Shown piece by piece: positions 50,137 through 63,434 of a DNA stretch of 64,000 bases; positions within the stretch are counted from its first letter, which is position 1; the number at the start of each line of letters is the position of its first letter. Source of the DNA: Moniliella sp. 'wahieum' (taxonomy: Eukaryota); NCBI GenBank assembly GCA_003971905.1, contig RSEE01000016.1:124001-188000 (forward strand), in the 5' to 3' direction. The translations under genes were made by a program, and so were the position numbers. The notes beneath the pieces were generated by a model, which was not told the origin of the DNA, did no database searches, and was given only the letters and a program-made list of their open reading frames with translations.

Positions 50137-52945
50137 TTACTTGTCGTCCGTATGCGTCTTTTGCTGGATCACCACCCTAGTGCGTTTGAGCTTGTCTGTC
50201 AGCTTCTTCTCCAGCGGCCCCGCCGAGTCGGGCAGATTGCCCATCCGGTCCAGCGGTACAGGCTGGGCGGAACCAAAGCGAGTCAGTCAGTCCACAACAA
50301 ATGGTAGAGGGAGGCTAGTTGCAGGGGGGAGGTACATACCGGCAGGACCAACAAACTCTTGCGTGGCTGGCCCGCAGCCCCCCGATCGCGTGCTTGTGGT
50401 GGTGGTGGTAGTGCGGGTGCTGGCTGCAGCGGTACGGCAGCTGGCCCAGATCCGTCCCCCGCACCCACAAACAACTCCGGCGCCCAGTGCACCGCCTTGA
50501 CCTTGCACCGTCTCAGTGGCGAACAGGGCACCGAACTCTCCCTGCGCCCCGACGGAGCCGACGCCGGCGCTCACCACCCTCATCCTCGCACCACTGTCCC
50601 GCCTGTCGATCGGGCGCCGAGTCGGACCCAGCCTCGACCTCGGTCTCGACCTCAGTCTCGGTCTCAGTCTCGCTCTCGCTCTCGGGCTCCGTCTCCGCCT
50701 CCGCCTCCAGGTCCGACACGGGACGAAGAGCAGCGGGACCAAGCGTCTGCGCCTCGGGTTGGGCAGCGGCTTGTTCCTGGCTCGGCGCATCCAGGCGCGG
50801 GACGGTGGTCGAGGACGACGGCAGCCGTTCTCGGTCCAAGGCCACTGCCACCGGACGAAACTCGAGGTGCACAGCCACCTTCTCGTTGCGACGCGTGTTG
50901 GCATTGGTGAGGCGGAGGAGCTCGGTGGTGGTCAGGGGAAGCAAGCCCCTGCGCACGCCCTTGGACCGCACATGGGAAGCAGACGCTGGCGCTGGCCTTG
51001 GTACTGCGGTGACTTTGGCCCCCCGTTCCCACCCCCCGCCTAGGCCCACTGCGAATTCGCACGGCCCGGACGGGACGTGAACAGGCTCCTGTCTCCCCGG
51101 CTGCCGAGGTGGTGTCCAGCCCCCTCGCATCGTTGGACCGAAGGCTGGGCGAGGCAGAGGCCGAATGGGTACCGGTTTCTCTTTGCCTTCTTTTCCTTTG
51201 ACCTCGTGGCCAGCTTTTTTCCATGCGTTCCGCATCACTGGGCCCGATCGAGGGGATTCCGAGGGCAGGAAGGAGGACATGGAGGAAGCCATGGAACGAC
51301 CGCGCCAGACGTCGGCCCGGCCAAGCCTGGTCCAGACAGACCAAGACTACAAGGGGGGCAGCGTCCTTCGCTCCGGTTTTCAAGACTGCCTTGGCTGCTT
51401 GTTCAGCCTGCCATTTCAGCCCGGCCACACGGATAATCGTCTTGCCCGATCCACAACCGCCTTTCGAGGTGGATGCAAGGAGGGAAAGGGTGTGCACCTT
51501 GATCGGCATTGTGCGTGACTGGGAGACGGGGCCTTGGGTCTGCGACGTGCTGGATGAGGCCCGGAGGGACGAAGAAAGGTGGCCACGTTGGGCGCGCCGC
51601 GAGGCGAGTGATAGATGGGCACGGGCGCGCTGGGTACGCCGGCGAAGCGAATTGCTGGACCGCAGCGCCTCTGCCTCGCTTGACGTTGGCGATTGAGGTC
51701 TCGGTTCGGGGGGAGGGGAAACGGGGTTGCTTGGGGCCAGTCCGGCCAGTAGCGGAGAATCAGAAGAACGGCCATCTTGCCACTCAGCTTCCGATTCAGT
51801 CGGGCTGGGACGGAGCTCGGACTCGTCAATTGGCAGGTCTTTTTGCGATGAGCACACAGGTCCGGCGCCGGATATCTCTTGCTGATCTTGGAGAGGACAG
51901 GAAGAGGGGTCAATGGGGGCTAGCGCAGGCGTACGAGGAATTGGAGTCGCTTCCTCCTCCATCGAAACAAGCGACGTCGGGTCCTCGCCCGATACCTCCC
52001 CGGGGCTCTGGGATGCTGGTTCCAACAACTTTGACAAGGCTCCCTCTGCAGAAGGTGAAGGTGGCACTTCTCCAATGGAGACAGCGCAAGGACTGCCAAC
52101 CGGGTGGATTCCCTCCTCATCCTCTGTTGGTCACCAGCACGGCTTCATCCGCGCCCACCTGTACGGGGCTTGGCACCGGAGGGCTCGCTACTGTGATTGG
52201 CTCAGGGCTGGGAACTGACACCGGCTCTACTAGAGCCGCACGTGCACCCGCTGAGGATGAGTCTACTACTCGCCCTGTCTGGGCAGTGGAAGCATGATGC
52301 TTCTTGGCCTCGGGCATGGGACGTGCGCGCGACCGAACGGGTGGGCAGACTTGCTTGGCACCACGCTGGGTTCAGTGGGGTTGCGCAGTCCGGTCGCTGG
52401 TTTGGGCCGGGGCAGACGACTGCTACCCGGTTCCGCTGGAGGTAGCGAAGTGGAAATGAAAACGGTTTGGGTTGCCATCCTGCTCGGTTCTGCCCCTGCG
52501 CCTGTTCTCGCCAAAGAAGCTGACCCAACCGGGGCGGCCGAACCACGGGTTCCCATGCGACGGAGCCCCAGGCCAGCGGGGCGGATGGGCCTAAGTTTGA
52601 CGACGCAGGCAGCTGGTCGGGCGGGTGGCGAGAGATGATTTGGTGGACAGAGTTCCGGTGGCGGGGCAGATCCGGCATTGAGATGGGACCGCGGGGGCGC
52701 TGGGCGCCTGTGCAGTGGCTGCGGGGCCGGGGAGATTTGAGAGCTGGGCTAGAGCGGCGGAGAACAGTAGTAGAGAGGGCAGGCACCCTTGAGTTGGGTA
52801 CCGACGCCGAGGAAGAACGCATGGTGGGCCTGCTGCTGCGCGCTGCCGCACTGCTGCCCGTGGATTGGGGGGGAGGCAGTGCCGAGTCGTGGGCGGACGC
52901 ATGAGAAGGTGTTGGCGGGGGTCGGGCCGGGAGGGTAGGGGCCAT
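50137..52945 (-). CDS. hypothetical Ser/Pro/Glu-rich low-complexity protein (frameshifted)
   Basis: Overlapping long minus-strand ORFs (467, 351 and 259 aa) and an ETE/ESE repeat. No domain recognised. Confidence 0.5.
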
Positions 52946-55706
52946 GCGCGTGGCACCGGTGGCAGGGGTAGGGGCTGGGGCTGGGGCTGAGTAGACGAGC
53001 AAGGGCCAGTCGAGTGCCCGCGGCCAGCTTAGACGCGGCGCAGGCAACGCAGATGGTGCGAGCGGGGCTGAGGATGGGCGGATGCTGCGAGCAGAGGCGG
53101 AGCAGCAGCAGAGGGTGGAGCTGCGCTCGCTTTGCGGCTGGTCTGGCAGGCGCTGTGTGGCTGGCCAGTTAATAGTTAGCTGGCTGATTGGCTGGCTGAT
53201 TAAGATGGCTGGCCCATTCAGCCAGCCAGCCTGCGCCGTGCTATCTGTGTGATGCATGTATGCATGCGATCACGAGCACTCAGCAGACCACGTGCCTGGC
53301 CCCTAATTTTAATTGCCTTATCGCCCCGTCTGGCCTCCAAGGCAACGCGGCTCGTTTCGCGACGCTTTGCTTCTCCCAAGCCGCGACCGAGTCGAGCCTT
53401 CCTCAAACTGCACTGATACCCCGCGCTGGCTCTGCCACTGGGGTGATACCATGTGAATGCGTTGCTTTGGAAGCCCCTTCAGGAACCTCACCCTTCCCCC
53501 TGGCTGGGCTCTTCAACCACTAATTCGGCTGGGAATGCGGAATGGGCGCGCTTCTGCGCAGGTGCTTTGGCCTGCTGGCGGGAGAGAGGGAACGGAGCAG
53601 GCTCTGGGACCAGTCATGCAAGAGAGTCGGCCCCGAGTAGAGCATAGGGGTTTGTCTCAGCACTGAAGCCCATAATGCATAATGAACAATCCAGGCTCAC
53701 ATGTACTGCGCGTAAATATGTTCCCATTGGTCTCTCCTTTCTTGCGTGCGGAGGAAGGTGAGGGAGGTCTACTAAAAAAATTGTGGCAAAGTTCGGTTTT
53801 CGGCCAGGGACATGAGGGCTAGATATGGTATGAAGGAACCGACGGAGTGGTATTTGTGGTCCCCTTGGTTGAAAGTGTGGAGATACCGTCCTGCTGCTCA
53901 GCGCCCGGGACTGGTAGAGATTCGCCATTGATCGCAAGCCGTCCGAAGGAGATCAAGGGAGCTGCATCTACCATGATATACGGGAGATGAGTTGAACCAA
54001 TGGGGTGTCGGTTCTATTATGCTCAAGCTGGCAGGTTTGCCAGAGATTCGAGCAGGCGAAGAACGAGATCGTCGGCCAAGGGTTGAGCTTCGAATATGAC
54101 CAAGGACTCGATGCCAAGGCATAACCCCCATCATTCTCCGAATCTGAATCCAACTCTTCGTCTGTATCGGACACAAACCGATAGATCCCCCTCCGCGCCT
54201 CATATCTGGTATGCAGGGGCATTTCATCTTGGTCCGGCATGGTACATCCCAGCAATCTGAAAGGTCGAAGGAACGGAGCCGACCGCCGTGGCCATGAGGC
54301 CTTTCCATATGGCTCTCATTTTCCCTCTCCCCACCGCTCCCTTGACGTAAAAACATAGAAGGATCCAGGGTTCGACGGCACCGTGCACGGGCAAAGTCAA
54401 AACGGTTGTGGCGCAATCGGCCATGATGTGAAATGTGGGCCTCGGTGCTCCAATCATGAGCTTCCTCGCTTTCATTCACGTCGCACACTTCCTCTGATGC
54501 GGACAGGTGTCCGTCTGCATTGCTTCACGCACCGCCTCGGTGGGATGGAGGGAGGAGGGAGTATTGCTTCCATGTTGCTCATGCTCTGGCAAGCAGAGAC
54601 CACTGTAGCATTGAGGTCTTCACCTCGCACCCAGGCAAGCACGTCCGGTACTCAAAGCAGCGTATTTCCACAGTGGGTTACCCGCATGGACCGCCTTGGT
54701 ATACCATCCCTCGTCTTGGGCCGGATGGAAGAGGAAAACGGGTTGGGCAAGAGGAGCAAATGCAGCTGGAGGGGGAGTACGAAGAAAGATTTGGTAGGGC
54801 AGTAGAGCTGGAGCCATCAGCCGTGAATTTCCCTACGTACATCAAGTTTCTGGGTCTTTCCCGCCGGTGGAAACGATGGCGAGCCCATAGGCAGGTGGGT
54901 GGAAGGAATCAGACGAGGATGCGGAGCTGGTAACGAACAGACCTGCAGGTAGATCGATGGGCGATCCGTCGAGCGCATCCATTCACCACTCGTGCCGGCA
55001 CCCATCACACACGCAGCGTACGGGCCGGTTGACTGGCCCAGGTCTAGTGCAGGACTGAAGGACATGGCATATGAGAGCGGCGCACAGCTGACCTGGCACA
55101 GACACGCTCCCCCGCGGGCCGTGCCCCGGCCGAGATCGACACGAGCCTGCCAAACATCAAGAGCTTCCCGCTTCACGCTCCAACGCGACCCGTGGAACGG
55201 GTGTGGTGACCGAGAGGCACTTGTCGCCGCGGCGCTCCGGAGACCCCAAGCGAGGGTTGTGTTGGTTTCCGATTGCTCGCTCAGGCCGGGTCACCCCGGT
55301 CACCGGTCGGGCCCTCCAGCTCAAAGCACCCACGTGACCGGGCCCCCCAAATGATGAAAGTTGAAATGCGAGAGGTGGGATAGATCTGAGAGAGAATCGA
55401 TCTTTCCCGCGAGCAGGCACCCTTAAAAGGCGACATCTATATAAGTAACCCACGCCCTTGGTCTATGGGCACCCCGGGCATTAGAGTGCGTCTTGTTCAA
55501 GATTCAGCTACGAGCTTTCCGTGCACAAACAGACGGCTTTGGGAATCACGATCGAGATGTCAGGTTGAGTGTAGTTCACATTGGGACACCATAACCACAT
55601 AACCACAGAGGCAGGAAAGACAGCAGCGACGGCCCGTATCAGGAACGGTAAAGAATGGATAGATGGCGGCAAAACCATCATTGGCGTTGGACCAGGGGTA
55701 TGCTCA

Positions 55707-57426
55707 TCATGATCCATCCCCTGGTTCTCCAGCTCCGATGGGGGTATCGGCGAAGTCTGCATTGCCATCGTCGATGCAGTGGTGGATCAGCAAGTGGGAT
55801 GTAGGCCTGGCGGCTGCGGTAGCAGGAGTGTAGGCATAGGGATAGGAATATGTTCTCTCCGGGGGGTACGTGTATCCCCCAGACACGGTGGAAGTGCGTC
55901 CGTCTGACGGGTAGAATGTAGTGTAGTCTGAAGCAGGAGCTGTGCTGTTGCCCACAGCAGGAGGAAGCTGCTGCTGCCTCGGCCGCCTCTCGCGCCCGCT
56001 GCTCTTGAAGCTCAGGCGGATCCAGGTGGGAATAGTCCGGGTAATGTAAGGGGCCGGATGGTAGCGCGCCACTCGTTGCGTCTGGAGCGGATGCGTCAGC
56101 CCCCGTAGATGTACGATGGTGCAAATTTCTTCCGCCTCCAGCGGCCCATCAACATCGTTGTCGATATCATGGTCCGTGTAGAGGTCAGCCAGGGCAGCAG
56201 TGTGCATTCGTGTGCGCCCTCGCCCCCAAGGGATCAAACGAAGGCCAGTGCCCACCCGCACTTCATTGAACGGGGTCCATCCGATCCCCAGACTTTGGTC
56301 GATTTCCAAAACACATAAAGTACGGGACCCCGTCCGGGCCTTACGGCGACGGAGGAGGCAAGCAGTAGCAAAAGGAGTGTCAAGCCGCTACGCCACCAAC
56401 CACCCCCCCACCGCGCTCCACCAACCCACCACTTGTCCCTCCATCATGGTGCGATGAGGCCAAGCCGCCTGAACTACGGTTTGAGTAACCATCACGACAG
56501 TAGTACCGGTGATGGGGATCAAGGAGCGTCGCTGTTCGTACTGGTCGAGGTGAATAAGCTGAGAAAACTGGAAGTATGAGTCGAAGGCGAGGCATTACTA
56601 GCCGATCGAGGTAATCGTGGGTGAGGTTGACGAAGAGAAGTTGGGCCGTAGGAGCTAGTGCTGTCTTTATGCGAGCTCGAGCTGAGGCCTGGCTGTGTTG
56701 AAGGTTGGGTCGTACTCGGGACTGGGAGGACGAATGCGTGAGCGGTTGGGTGGATGAGGCTTGACTGGACGATTGCACCGAAGGCTGGGTCGAAGACTGT
56801 TGAGTTGAGGACTGGGTAAGATCCTGAGTCGAGGGAGAGGTTGAGGGGGAGATGGAAGGGAAGAGTGGAAGGAGAGGTGGAAGGAGAGGTGGAAGGAGAG
56901 GTAGTAGAAGAGGTAGATAGAAGAGAGGTGGAAGGAGAGGTAGAAGGAGAGGTGGAAGGAGAAGTGGATCCAGGGGTGGAAGGTGAAGTCGAAGGCGATG
57001 TAGAAGGAGAAATGGAATCAGGCGTGGAAGGAGAAGTGGACGGTATTGTTGAATGTGGGACTGAAGGTGAAGTTGATGGGGTCGTTGATGCATCATCGGG
57101 CGTAGTGGAGGGGGAAGGAGTATCAGACACAGAATGATAGGCCGAAGAAGATGGTCCGTACTAGGGGTATGGATAGACGTGGGATCGGGGCAGGCTCGCT
57201 GTTGACGGAGGCGTTACTTTCTGTGTTTTCGCCTCCGCTTGGAGACACTGGCTGGCTGTGGGTGTCGTCTCCACTACCAGATGAACTGGCCTGCCGAGCA
57301 AAGATGGACGCTGAAGCATGCGCCTGCGCCTCTGCCCATCGGGCAACATTTGGGCCTAAGGTGGGAACTGTGCACACCCAGAGGATCGTCAGTCGCTAGG
57401 CCCACAGGACTTCACTGTAGTCTCAT
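55707..57426 (-). CDS. mucin-like type I membrane protein with PSTS repeats (may be a pseudogene)
   Basis: Ser/Thr/Pro ectodomain; TM-like GGVVGGVAA-LTLLLLLL followed by LRRRK; Tyr/Pro-rich tail; N-terminal frame interrupted. Confidence 0.55.
56833..57075. repeat. 12-bp coding minisatellite GGAAGGAGAGGT (PSTS on minus strand)
   Basis: Tandem copies directly visible. Confidence 0.9.
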
Positions 57427-58182
57427 CGTGTCATGGAGAGCCCAAAAGATTGGGGGGGCACTATAATGGGGTGAGGGAGACGAGCACGTACACAGTGGGG
57501 CGGCACGCGCAGCAGGGAGTAGCTGATTGGCACTGCGCATGGCGAAAGGACCTGCGAACAGCAGCAGGAGAGCAGGTGGTGGTAGTAGTACGACAGTGAT
57601 GCAAGGCAAGACAATAAGGCATTGTGTGGCGGCGGTGGCGGCGGTGGCGGATGTGGGAGTTGTGCCGCACGCCACATATCGATGATCGATGACCGTCTCC
57701 TGAGTACCTAACAAAGCATATATATCCGTCGTGCAGACCGTCGAGGTGTCTCAATGCCACCCACCGATACCCGATATGCCCTCTATTCTCGATTCTCTTT
57801 CCGCTCCACCCGCCACCAGCTGTCTGATCCCCGTTTGAGAGCAGAATAAGTTGCTCACATTGGTACGGCTCCTTCTTCACAGTGACTATGTTCGAATCCC
57901 TCTCGCCTTGGCCACGCAGAGAGAGCACATACGGAAAGGCAGAAGACTATATGTCTCTTCTCGATCGGAGTCGCGGTTTATAATCGCGTTGTCTCGATTC
58001 GCCTCGCCAGGTTCATTTTCCCATCGCTCTCGCAACAATTCCCACTGACTGTGCTGATGGCGGGAGATATGTCGATCCACATCATTGTGTTGCTGAGGGG
58101 ACAAAAGCTAACTTTTTTCGTGCGTATCTGGAAGCCTTATACTGTAGACGAGAGTAAACCCATCCGATATGGGTTTCCATCT

Positions 58183-58271
58183 GGGTTCGTGGTGTAGTGA
58201 TATCGTGCCTCTTTAGGTGCTGATCGTTAGCACACATAGAGGTGGTCCTCGGTTCGATGCCGGCGGACCCC
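58183..58271 (+). tRNA. tRNA-Pro(AGG) with ~19-nt intron
   Basis: Acceptor GGGTTCG/CGGACCC, C73, anticodon stem CCTCT/AGAGG, loop TTAGG.., T-arm CTCGG-TTCGATG-CCGG, TTTTTT terminator. Two G residues appear to be missing from G-runs. Confidence 0.8.
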
Positions 58272-58936
58272 TTTTTTCCTCTTTCTTTCTCTGTTGGCCT
58301 AGGCAGTACCAAGTCACTGGACCAATTATGAATGCTGAGGCGCTGAGGGCGCGGGAGACGGGGGCGAAGGTGGCGGGATGTGTATGAGAAGAGCCGTCGA
58401 CGGTGGCAATAGATCGCACAGAGAGCATGGGGCTGTGCACGGCGTGTGGAGTGTGCTGATTTGGTGATGTGATGATGATGGCGATGCACACGTGACAGGC
58501 GACATGTGGGATGGGAGGTCGATGATCGATCGGATTGGTGACGATGGCGATGGGTGGCCTGCGACAGGCATGACAGGGCGGTGGAGGGCGAGTACGGAGT
58601 GGATATGACATCAGCTGGCTTAGAAACAGCACCGGGGGGTGGCACGGGGGCAGAGGAAGGCGAGCCACTGGCCCAGCTGCGCACAGCTGCCGCTGGTGTG
58701 TGCTGTGTTCTGCTGCCGCCTGCTGCCTGCGACGCCTGCTGGCCCGCTGCTCGCAAGACGAGCTGCGAAAGGCTTGGCGAGCGAAGCCATGGGCCCATCA
58801 GCCATCGCCCCCCTCACCGGTCCCTGCCCAGCATCGCGTGTCTGTGTGTGTCTGTCTGCCCTGCGCATGGCCTCGCCTCGTCTCCTTCCCCCGCCACCCT
58901 TCTTCCCCCCGTCTTCCCACCACCCCCACCACCGCC

Positions 58937-61900
58937 ATGGCGTCCAATGGCGCCCCCCGCGCCCCGCCCCCGCACGCCTCCTCCTCCCCCTCCTTACTCC
59001 ACCCGCCCCCGCCCTCCGCTGCTGGCCGGGTCCTCTACCCCCTCAAGGCCACCTACAATCGCCTTGCCGCTTCTCTCGCGCCCCGCATCCATCTCCGGTC
59101 CTTCGCTCTGCCTCCCCAGTCGGAACTGCCTGTGCACAGCGATGACGCCGCGCCCCTGTCGCCTTCCCGCTCTGCCGATGCCGACGCTGACGCTGACGGT
59201 GCGCCCAGCGTTCCGCCTCCCAACCCAGCGACTGTCTTCAGCCTCTGACCAAACACGACACGTTGGAACGCCTCGGCGTCCGGAGCGATGTTGTGCGCGG
59301 CTCTGGAGGAACGAAGGATACGTCGGTGGATGCAGACAAGGAAGGAGTGCGCTTTGCCTACCTTCAGCATGGTCTCGGACCCGAGGAGGTGGAGAAACGG
59401 CGTGAGCAGAGCGGCCGTAACGCTTTTACGGAGCACGAGCCCGAGTCGCCGCTTGACAAGCTTCTGGAAGAACTGGGCGATCCAATGATCCTCCTTCTAC
59501 TCACCTCCGCTGCGATCAGTTTTGCGATTGGACAAAAGGACGATGCGATGAGCATTACCCTCGCCATCGCGATTGTCGTGACAGTCGGGTGGGTGCAAGA
59601 ACAGCGTTCGGAAAAGTCGCTGGAAGCGCTCAACAGTCTCGTTCCCAATTTTTGCCATCTCATTCGCCCTGCTCCACCCTCCTCGCCGTCGGCCTCGGAT
59701 GCAGCCTCTGCCCGATCGGAAAGCAGCAACGCTCCCAACCCTGCTAGTACCAGCGCTCCAACCGAAGATACGTCTTCCACGTTGGACCAAGACTCGGAAT
59801 CGGATTCGCTCGGAACCAAAGTTCTTGCTGATGAGCTCGTTCCGGGCGATGTGGTGACGTTCTCGACGGGCGACCGTATCCCGGCCGACATTCGTCTGTT
59901 CCAATCCGTCCAATTGGAGGTGGACGAGTCGACGCTTACGGGGGAAACCAAGCCGCGCAAAAGTCGACCAAAGTGGTGGCTCGTTGGCCCCTGGACGAGG
60001 TGGACAAGCGCATCGCCCAGCACATGGACAGGACGGCGCAGCATCAAACTGCCGACAATGAAGACGACCAGCCTCAGCAACAGGAAGAGCAGCCCGAAGG
60101 ACAGTCCAAGGACAACATTGTTTTTATGGGCACGATGGTCAAGTCTGGGTATGGCCCGTGGTGTGGTGGTTGGTACCGGGCTTAACACGGAGTTTGGCAA
60201 CGTGTTTAGCATGGTGGACGATGTTGCAGAGAAACGGACGCCGCTGCAGCACAGCATGGACGACCTGGCCAAGAAGCTGACGCTTGTCAGCTTTGTGGTG
60301 ATTGCCATCATCTTTATCGTCGGAACGTTCCAACACCGCTCCCTGCTTGAACTTGCGACCATTGCTATCTCACTTGCGGTTGCCGCGATCCCCGAGGGCT
60401 TGCCCATTGTGGTCACTGTCACCCTCGCATTGGGTGTGCTGCGAATGAGCCGACGGAACGCGATTGTCAAACGCCTTCCCTCTGTGGAGACGCTCGGGAG
60501 CGTTTCGGTGATCTGCACTGACAAGACGGGTACCTTGACGGAGAACCACATGACGGTCATCAAGCTCTACACGCTTCAAGACGGGGTGGTCAACGTGGAT
60601 CGGGACAAAACAAAGAAGCCCAGCAATGCTGCACAGGGCAAGGAAACCCAATCTCCAGCTTTGGCAGGCTCACTCTTGGTGGGCAACGTGTGCAACCGTG
60701 CCGTGCTCGACCATGATGGCCAATTGACTGGTTCCCCTACCGAGGTTGCGATGATCGACGTGCTGGGTGCGTATGAGCTGGTCGATCGCCGCCGTTCGTT
60801 CGATCAGACGGATGAGGTGCCATTTGACACAAACTGGAAGTACATGACCGTTGTCGGCCAGTTCGAAGGGGCCGGAGTGTCCGAGGCAGAGAAGGAAGTG
60901 AGAGGGTACACCAAGGGAGCCCCAGAAGCTGTCTTGGCCCGCTGCAGCCACGCGATTGACAAGACGGGCAAGACAGTGCCCATTACCGATGCCTTTACGC
61001 AAGAGATCCAAGACACGCTCAACAAGCTCGCTCGGAAGGCCTCCGTGTTCTGGCAACTGCGACGGGCCCCGCACTGAGCAAGGAGGACCACGACGCTGGG
61101 CCCGAGAAGGTGCGCAAAACGCTCACGTTCTGTGGCCTTCATGCGCTGCAAGATCCACCGCGCAAGGGGGTGAAGCCGGCAATTGAGGAGCTTTCCCACT
61201 CGGGTGTTCACATTATTATGGTCACTGGCGACTCTCCTTCAACCGCAGTGGGCATTGCCAAGCAGCTTGGCATTCTGCACCAGTCGGCCTCGGCTCCCTC
61301 AAGTTCTGGTGCCGGTAGTTCCGTGGGCTCGAGCGGGGTGATGACCGGGCGCAGGTGGACCAGATGTCCGCCCGCCGGCTAAGGGAGGTGGCACCATCGA
61401 TCAGTGTCTTTGCCCGCACCACTCCCCGGCACAAGATGGCCATTGTCTCGGCTTTCCAAGAGGCTGGGCAAGTGGTGGCGATGACGGGAGACGGTGTGAA
61501 TGATGCGCCTGCGCTCAAGATGGCCGATATTGGTATTGCGATGGGGGCGAGCGGGACGGATGTAGCCAAGGAGGCGGCGGACGTGATTTTGGTCGACGAC
61601 AACTTTGTCACCATTCTCAATGCCGTCGAAGAGGGCAAGGCCATCTTTGGCAACATTCAGAACTTCCTTGCTTTCCAGCTTTCCACCTCGATCGCCGCGC
61701 TTTTCTCATCCTCATGTCCATCATGTTCGGTATGGCCTTGCCGCTCAATGCGATGCAAGTTCTTTTGATCAATCTCGCCTGCGATGGTCCGCCCGCCAGT
61801 CACTGGGTGTCGATCCCGCTGACGCATCTGTCTTTCGCAAGCCGCCCGGCCCAAGAACAAGCCTGTGCTCGACAAGCGTGTCTTCTTTGACATTCTCTTT

Positions 61901-62292
61901 TCCTCTGCCATCATCTGGGTGGCACGCTGTTTGTCTACCTGCACGAGGCTGCCGTCGACGGCACGCCGGACGAGCGCGACATGGCCATGACGTTTGTCAC
62001 CTTTGTTTCCCTCGACTTGATCACGGCGGTGCAGTGCCGCGGGCTTCACGTGGGCCTGTTTGCCAACCGGGTAATGACCATCACCCTCTCCGTGTCGTAT
62101 GTGGTGCTGGGCGCGTTGATCTACTTCCCCCCGCTCCAAGCCATCTTCCAAACCATCCGCTCTCTCCCCGACCTGTTGTATGTGGCGGGCCTGACCGGCA
62201 TCACGTTTGCTCTGCACGGCCTGCGCCGCAACCTGCAACGCAAGCGTGAAGCCAGCCTCGACCTCGCGCCATGGGAGGCCCAGGTCGCTTGA
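58937..62292 (+). CDS. PMR1: Golgi Ca2+/Mn2+ P-type ATPase (SPCA/Pmr1), frameshifted
   Basis: [71 protein letters not shown]. Confidence 0.95.
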
Positions 62293-63349
62293 GGCACGCA
62301 CCTGCCATCTGGTGAGGCGAGTGCAGCAACCCCCCGGAGCACCTGAGCACCAAAGCCCAACCAACTCTACCCTTCCACATGGCATGCTCCTTCCCTTTCG
62401 TCTGCTTGATTTCTTATGGACCCGACCCTTTTTGCTGTGGGGGCCCTGCCCTCTTTTCTCTTGCTTTGCCATCTGGGCCCCCGTCCAGATTCTCAATCTG
62501 GACCGTTTATGCTAGGCGTGCTCTCGTTGGATGTTTGCCTGCACATCGCAAGACAGTACCTACCACTAATCCGCATCAGCATCAGTCTCTCTCATTCCGT
62601 CTTGACCCCTGGCTTGGGGTTTGGGGCTTGGGTTGGGCGACCGCGGCTACGTAGTGTTGTAGGGCAGAGCGAAGGTCGGAGGGGGGAAATGTGGTGGAGG
62701 TGTCATAAGTGTATAGGTTTTTGCACGGCCAGGAAATCAGTTTGGCTAAGCGGACACGAACGCCACAGGAGTGGCGTTGATGACCTCGGTGGCGGGTCAC
62801 GTCGGTCACGGTGACTGGCCCACTGTTATAGGGCTGTGAAGATGGTAGCTTCCCTAGACAAGAAACACTCTGCGACGCTAGCACCGAGCCACGGCTCTGT
62901 CTTCTTGCCGGTATTGCTTTGTCCGAGTAATGGAATCTAAATCTACTGTGGTCGCTTCCCCTCTTTTGTATTCCCTCCACGACTGCCACCGCTTCTACTA
63001 GTAATATGGTTGGTTCACCGTTTACCGTGTACCGTGCACCGACCTCTGTGCTCGTGATCAGCTAGCTCGCCATCTCTTCTTTCAGTCAATCGGGGCCATT
63101 TCATTGAAGTCAGTGGGCCATGGCACGACACCGATTGCTCAGGTCGTTTGCGCAGTCTCAGGACTGGGAGAAGCAGGGAACAGAAGGAGGATCGGGGGGG
63201 GGGGCACAGTTGACCAAATCAAAGTGCACAGAAACAAAACGTGAACAGCTAGGTGTGGGGGGGGGTCAGTTAGATGCGAAAGAAGGTTGGTTCGCTCGAC
63301 AAGGAAAGAAAAGTGGGGGATAGAACAGAGTCCAAGGGAAGAAGAAGAA

Positions 63350-63391
63350 AGAACAGAACAGAACAGAACAAACAGAACAGAACAGAACAGA
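63350..63391. repeat. (CAGAA)n microsatellite
   Basis: Directly visible. Confidence 0.85.
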
Positions 63392-63434
63392 GCCGAGGCA
63401 TAAGGAGGCCAGGCGCAAGGCGCACGCTTCACTT

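Noticed and set aside
53614..55180. Possible degraded gene on the minus strand
   Set aside because: Fragmented, with no family recognisable by eye.
59364..60563. 399-aa antisense ORF
   Set aside because: Shadow frame of the PMR1 coding sequence.
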